Below, piece after piece: positions 58,403-64,000 of a DNA stretch of 64,000 nt. The notes below the pieces were generated by a model. That model was given only the letters and a program-made list of their open reading frames with translations, ran no database searches and had not been told where the DNA came from. Numbering within the stretch: the first letter of the stretch is position 1; each line of letters opens with the position of its first letter. This stretch comes from Trichinella spiralis (Eukaryota): positions 6,418,219 to 6,482,218 of the forward strand of contig NW_003526943.1 in assembly GCF_000181795.1 (NCBI RefSeq), in the 5' to 3' direction. The position numbers were made by a program, and so were the translations under genes.

Positions 58403-60594
58403 CATTTTTTCTTCTTCATTTTTAGCCTTGTTTGTGCGACATTTTCTTTCCAACTTTCTTTTGCTTCTTCTCTTTTCAATGAAACTTGTTTTCTTTTTTC
58501 TTTCTTTTTTTAAATTTTTTACTTTTGTTTTGATTTTTCCATTTCACTGTTGCTCTAGTAGTATATTCATCATCCAGTTAGTTCAGTTTGATGCAAAAAT
58601 AAAAATCGGAAATTCATCTGGTGGAATTTTCAAAATTCGTTCAAAAATTATTCCCTCTTCAAATACTGACACTATTATACCAGACTCACAATGCGATAAA
58701 CAGTGAAAAAAATTTAACGCCCCTTTTAAAATTATTACAGTACTATTTAAAAAAAAGCAGGAATTAATTTTGATTTTAAGCCGATCGTACTACTGTTTGA
58801 AAAATAAAATAATAAATAAATAGATTTTTATCATGAAAATTACATCAAAAATGGAAATATATTTTGAAAACAAATATAAAATTTTTTTCCTATAATGTTG
58901 GTCCTACTATTTTGCTGTTCATTCGGTTGCCGCTGCTTGATTGATCAGAACCATTTGGCTTGTAGCCGGCGCTTTGCTCTTCAGAATTACTGCGTCACTC
59001 GTTGTTGCTCTGTTTGTTGTCAATAAGCAGCTTCAATTTTCCCAGTCGCTGCCCCTTTATCTATGCAATCCCTAATACATAACGTGACAGCTACTGCATC
59101 ACCTGACTTGTAATCAATGCAAATTTGGTGGATTTCAGTGGGAATTCAGTCCCGGTGTGGCGAATCGTGTGCATACTGTTGTCTCATTATTAGCATCTAC
59201 TTCAGTTGTTACTTGTTTCGCAGCAACATTTCTGTATAGCAATCGATTCGTATTCAGTTGCTGAGAAGAAAAAAGTCTGAACTGACTATTCAACTCGAGA
59301 GGGCTTTGATTTTCTTTGTTTGTAACCGAATAAGAATAAAGAACAAAAGCATTGATTCAAAATTTCTAGTTGAATATCAATAATTTGCTGAATGATTGAC
59401 ATAGTGTATCCACACTCAAATTAACTATGCAATATTTGTTAGTTGAGTGAAGTGTTTTGATTTGCTTTTCAAAAATGACAAGCTTTCAACTAAAAATGCA
59501 GCTGCTGATCATCACTCTTCACAATTTGAACATCTAAATTCATCGACAAATAAATGTACCGATGGTTCTTTTGACTTCATATGGAAAAAGTTAATTTTTT
59601 TTCAATATCAAAATTATCTCGCTGGCTTGTATTTACAACAATGTTTTATTTTAAATCTCTCGCACGGTGATGCATGTTGCCAGATAAATTCATCAAAGCA
59701 GTTTTTTATCATTCACAGCTTTTTTTATTTTTATCAAACATTATTTATTTAAAATTTTTGAAAAAAATGTAAAATATGTATGAAGTTGAACACTCAAACT
59801 GCTGAATAAGCAAAAAAAATCAATCTTGTACTGGCGGCATGTCATATACGCGTTTAGAACGCATCTACAGAAAATACTTTGAAAAACTAGGATTTTTTAT
59901 TTAAATATCCGTTTTGAAAAACTTTATTTAAAATTTGACACTTCATATTAAGCATTTAAAAAGCATTTAACTTATGATAGACAAGTGTTACACCAATACT
60001 GCAACCATTTTGCCGTCTCGTCTTGTCTTGAGCATTGCCAGTATATGATGCTTAATAAAACAAGATTAAATTATAATGTTGCAAAATATTGCATTACATA
60101 GACATTTTTTAAACTGTTGATAAATTTTACACATTCCTTAAACGCACAATAATGAGGTTAACACTAGCCTGATTTTTATATTATTACTGTATCTTCATTT
60201 GTGTTTACGTAAACATATTTAACATTCCACCGCTGATGATATAATTGAGTAGTGTCACGGACGACGTCTTACTTCCTGGTATTTCATTTTACATGTCTTC
60301 TGATGAATATTTGACAATTTTCTCATGCATGTCAGTTGTCTATCATTTTCTCTAGTAAATTGTGTAATATATTAATTTTCAAAATAGTAATAAATTTAGC
60401 ATTGAATTACATAATATAGATAAAAAGTATTTTATTCAAACATTTTTTTGACTATAATGATATTTTGTTTTCATTTTAATATTCGAACAGCGCCCTGGAT
60501 AATTGTGAACCGCCTGTTGGTTATTTATTTAATAAATGTTTGTTTTTTTACAAAATACCACATTTGTATTATTTTTATATAGAAACCGATCAAC

Positions 60595-63285
60595 ATGCCG
60601 GTGAAAGAAGGAACTGTTTCAGTGGCTGATGGGGTCATGGCAATGAACAAGCATGACATCACACCAGCTGGACCAAAAATGAAGCGGAGTTTTCAGTGAG
60701 AAGCTTTTCTTTTTCTCTTAACAGATTAAATGATTTGGCTATATGATCTCGTGATTATTATTATTTATTGTTGTTATTGCTTCACCGAACGAAGCTGCCA
60801 CACCACAACGGTGTTTATTTTATTAATTACGTTTGTCTTTCTTGAAAAAAATAGAACTGAATAATCAATTGAAGATTGGTTGAATGGTGAAAGTGAAATT
60901 TATATCAGTGATAAATTTATCAGTATTACATTACATGGCAGTAATAATTAAATTGTATTTCTTATAAATTGAATGGATATGTTTCAGATTACTTCCTAAA
61001 ATTATTAATGGTGGCATTGCCGGCATTATTGGTGTAACGTGTGTTTTTCCAATTGATTTAGTAAAAACGAGGTTACAAAATCAGAAGATCATTCCTGGCG
61101 GTGAACCAATGTATCGTGGAATGTAAGTTGTTTGTTATATTAGCATGTATAAAATTATAGTCTTTTCTTTTGAAACATTCATCTTGATGAGGGAATGTTT
61201 ATATATCAATAATGTGAAATGTGTGCATTGATAAGCATATCGAATTTTTAATATATTGGTAAATCAATATTTGTTCAGATCTGTTATGATGAATGTTTTT
61301 CATTTATGGACAGCAAGATGTTATGAATTATATCAGTGCAATATGAATAGATATATACCTTCAGTTGTTGTATAATTAACAATGAAATTTATAAATGTTA
61401 AAATTTAGGCTTGATTGCTTCAGAAAGAGCGTTGCCAGAGGTGGATTTTTTGGCATGTATTCAGGTAGGTAACTTATTTGCTATACTTGTGTGTAACTTT
61501 TATTTCAAAACACTGATCAGTAATATTTATAACAAATTCAAACATAAAATTTTGATAGTAAATATTATTTACTAATTAATGATTTGTTTATATAAAATAA
61601 ATATGTTTTTTTTTTATTTTTTTTATAATTGATAATAAATTTTGAACAGACGGAAGCACATAAACGTTTAATGCTCAGCATTACATTGTCAAAAGGGCAT
61701 TCACACCGAAGTATGATAGTTAAACTGCCAAATCATGGCTATGTTTTAAAATTGATTAATATATTCGAATACACGTTAGTTTAATATAAATTTGAAGTTT
61801 TTATATTTTATGAATTATTTAATGTTAATAATAAGTGGCTAATAAAGACTTACTAAGCGATTCTAAGAGCTTTTATTTAATCACGAAAGTAAATATTCAA
61901 AAAAGAACTCATATATTAACGTTTTTTGCAGGAAGTGGAGTCAACATACTGCTGATTACGCCTGAAAAAGCCATTAAATTAGCGGCAAATGATTTCTTCA
62001 GATATCATTTGTCATCAGGCAGTGGGTAAACTGATTTAACATGATCAATTATTATATTTGATAATTGATAAACAATATTAAATATTAATTTAAAAAAAGC
62101 AAAAATAATATCATTAGTTGAGCTGTGTTTGCTTGGTTAAAAGTGGATTCCTAGATTTTTGTAATAAAGTATTGTTATGCTGAGTGATAATTTGTTTCAG
62201 TTTTAAATAGATAATTTTAGTGATAAATAAATGCTTTCAATGGACATATTTCAATAATGTGTAAATTATTTTAGTAAACTGTCACTAGTAAAGGAGCTTG
62301 TTGCCGGTGCTGGGGCCGGATTTTGCCAAATTGCTGTCACCACTCCAATGGAACTTTTAAAAATTCAGTTGCAAACTTCTGATTCTGCAGGCAAGTTTCG
62401 TATTTGTTTATAAAAAATTTTTTTGTTCATTACACCGGCAGTGTGTAAGTTTGGACTAATTTAATCCAATTGTTACTTGTACTTGTACATTGTAGAGAAA
62501 TTCCTTTATCCAATTTAAACAATTGTTCCCATGTTTTGTCTGCATGCACTGAAACATAGATTTAATAATTAAATTTTCTTTATAAACTTTTTAGCGAAAA
62601 GTAAAAATCGTCTGAGCGCCACTAAAATAGCGTTGAATATTTTGCGAACGAAAGGCATCAGCGGATTATACAAAGGCACTGCAGCTACAATGGCCAGAGA
62701 TGTTACATTTTCGGCAATTTATTTTCCACTGTTTGCTAATTTGAATTCTAAAGTAATAATTACTGTGCCGGCTTACAGTTTTTGCAAAATTGGCTATGTT
62801 TACTGTGCTAGTATTTGGAATAAGCTGATTCTTGTTCAGGGTCCGAGAAAGAAGGATGGCAGTGGTGAAGCAGTTTTCTGGCATTCTTTCATCTGTGGCA
62901 ATATAGCCGGTGCGACTGCATCTTTCGCTGTGACACCTTTGGATGGTAAATTCTGACTGGCGATAGGCTTGATTTGTGGTGATTTGAATTTTTATACTTT
63001 TTCTAGTCATCAAAACCCGTCTTCAATTGCTTCAGCAATCAAATAGCATTACACCACAGTATCGCGGTATTGTGGACGCATTCAGGTGAGCGTCGATTTC
63101 AGATAATTCAATTTTCAAATGCCTCTTATGAAATTGCTTTCATTATTATTCAGGCGCATCTTGTACGAAGAAGGTGTGACAGCGTTTTTCAAAGGTGCGG
63201 CTTGTCGTATGGCCGTTGTGGCACCGTTGTTCGGCATTGCCCAGACCATCTATTACATCGGTGTGGCGGAATGGTTGTTAAGCTG
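60595..63285 (+). CDS. SLC25A22: Mitochondrial glutamate carrier (SLC25A18/A22 type), multi-exon
   Basis: [108 protein letters not shown]. Confidence 0.93.
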
Positions 63286-63477
63286 AAATTACGGGATCTG
63301 ATTTGTTTCATCTTCTCTGTTGTTGTTGTTCACCATTTGTTAACATGAGCATAATTTATACATTTCGATATATGAAAAGTTTTAAAGAAAGCATCTCGAT
63401 CATCATCAATTCCACTGCCATAAACTGATCAATAAGTGGTTATGTTTGAAGAAAAAGACAAGGAACAGCAGAAAGTT

Positions 63478-64000
63478 TTATTCACAGTTCGATTTCATAT
63501 TAAAAATATTCAAAACTTTACTTTTCAAAATTTGAAGCTCTTTTCTAATCAACAATGGATTTCGCTGGTTCACAATGGTACGCTGGCGGTGATAATGCTT
63601 GTTAACAATTTTGAAAGCCGCTTTGATGGACTGCTTATTATCCGTCTCGCTTTGCGTGCGGTACAAAGTGGCCAGCAATTTCCTCAACGAGCTTATGCTG
63701 TCGACTTGATTGAAACGTAGTTGCAAATTTTTGATCCAACTGTGCAATTTCAGCTCTCCACTTCTACTACCACCAACCTTGCCGCCGCCGTTCAGCAGGT
63801 TCCTGAGTCGACATTTGAGCTTTTTGAATCTTTCTGACAATTTCGCTTTGTTCTTCCTTTTCAACTTGCACATCACCGACCATTGTTGGGATATCGACTT
63901 GGTCGCGTCGGTGAGCAACGCCATTTCCGCGTCGTCGGTCACTTTGCCCTGGTTCACCGCCTTACGACAACTGCGATACCAGCTTTTCAACGTTGCCAAC
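63478..64000 (-). CDS. 3' end of an unidentified basic, helical protein (runs off the window)
   Basis: Open frame of at least 173 codons with coding-like composition, convergent with the carrier gene; no recognised motif. Confidence 0.5.
   Translation of the reverse strand, partial: LATLKSWYRSCRKAVNQGKVTDDAEMALLTDATKSISQQWSVMCKLKRKNKAKLSERFKKLKCRLRNLLNGGGKVGGSRSGELKLHSWIKNLQLRFNQVDSISSLRKLLATLYRTQSETDNKQSIKAAFKIVNKHYHRQRTIVNQRNPLLIRKELQILKSKVLNIFNMKSNCE

Overview
AT-rich, intron-dense animal genomic DNA from a draft assembly (N-gaps at 2519-2528 and 3063-3074). The short introns, nematode-type EB/WR1 cysteine modules and retained centrin and X-family polymerase suggest a clade I nematode, probably Trichinella; this is an inference. 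About 20 genes can be reconstructed, in order: YPEL (partial), FAM114A-like (partial), ClC-3/4/5-type exchanger, proteasome beta-3, an EB-module protein, an intronless galanin/allatostatin-A-like GPCR, centrin, TRAPPC11, RPS29 (absent from the ORF track), DNA polymerase lambda-like, MRPL30, ERK, a small FLASH-like coiled-coil ORF, Orai, PRP8, an uncharacterised protein with a plant/fungal-type PH-like domain, a mitochondrial glutamate carrier and a partial unknown ORF. The most notable observations are the TRF2/HOY1-like PH-domain protein with a structured GC-rich island upstream, the 125-aa FLASH-like ORF, a Pol X with rewired fidelity residues, a GPCR lacking both activation tyrosines, two GC-AG introns and several operon-like gene spacings. 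All family assignments come from recalled motifs; no database search was run.
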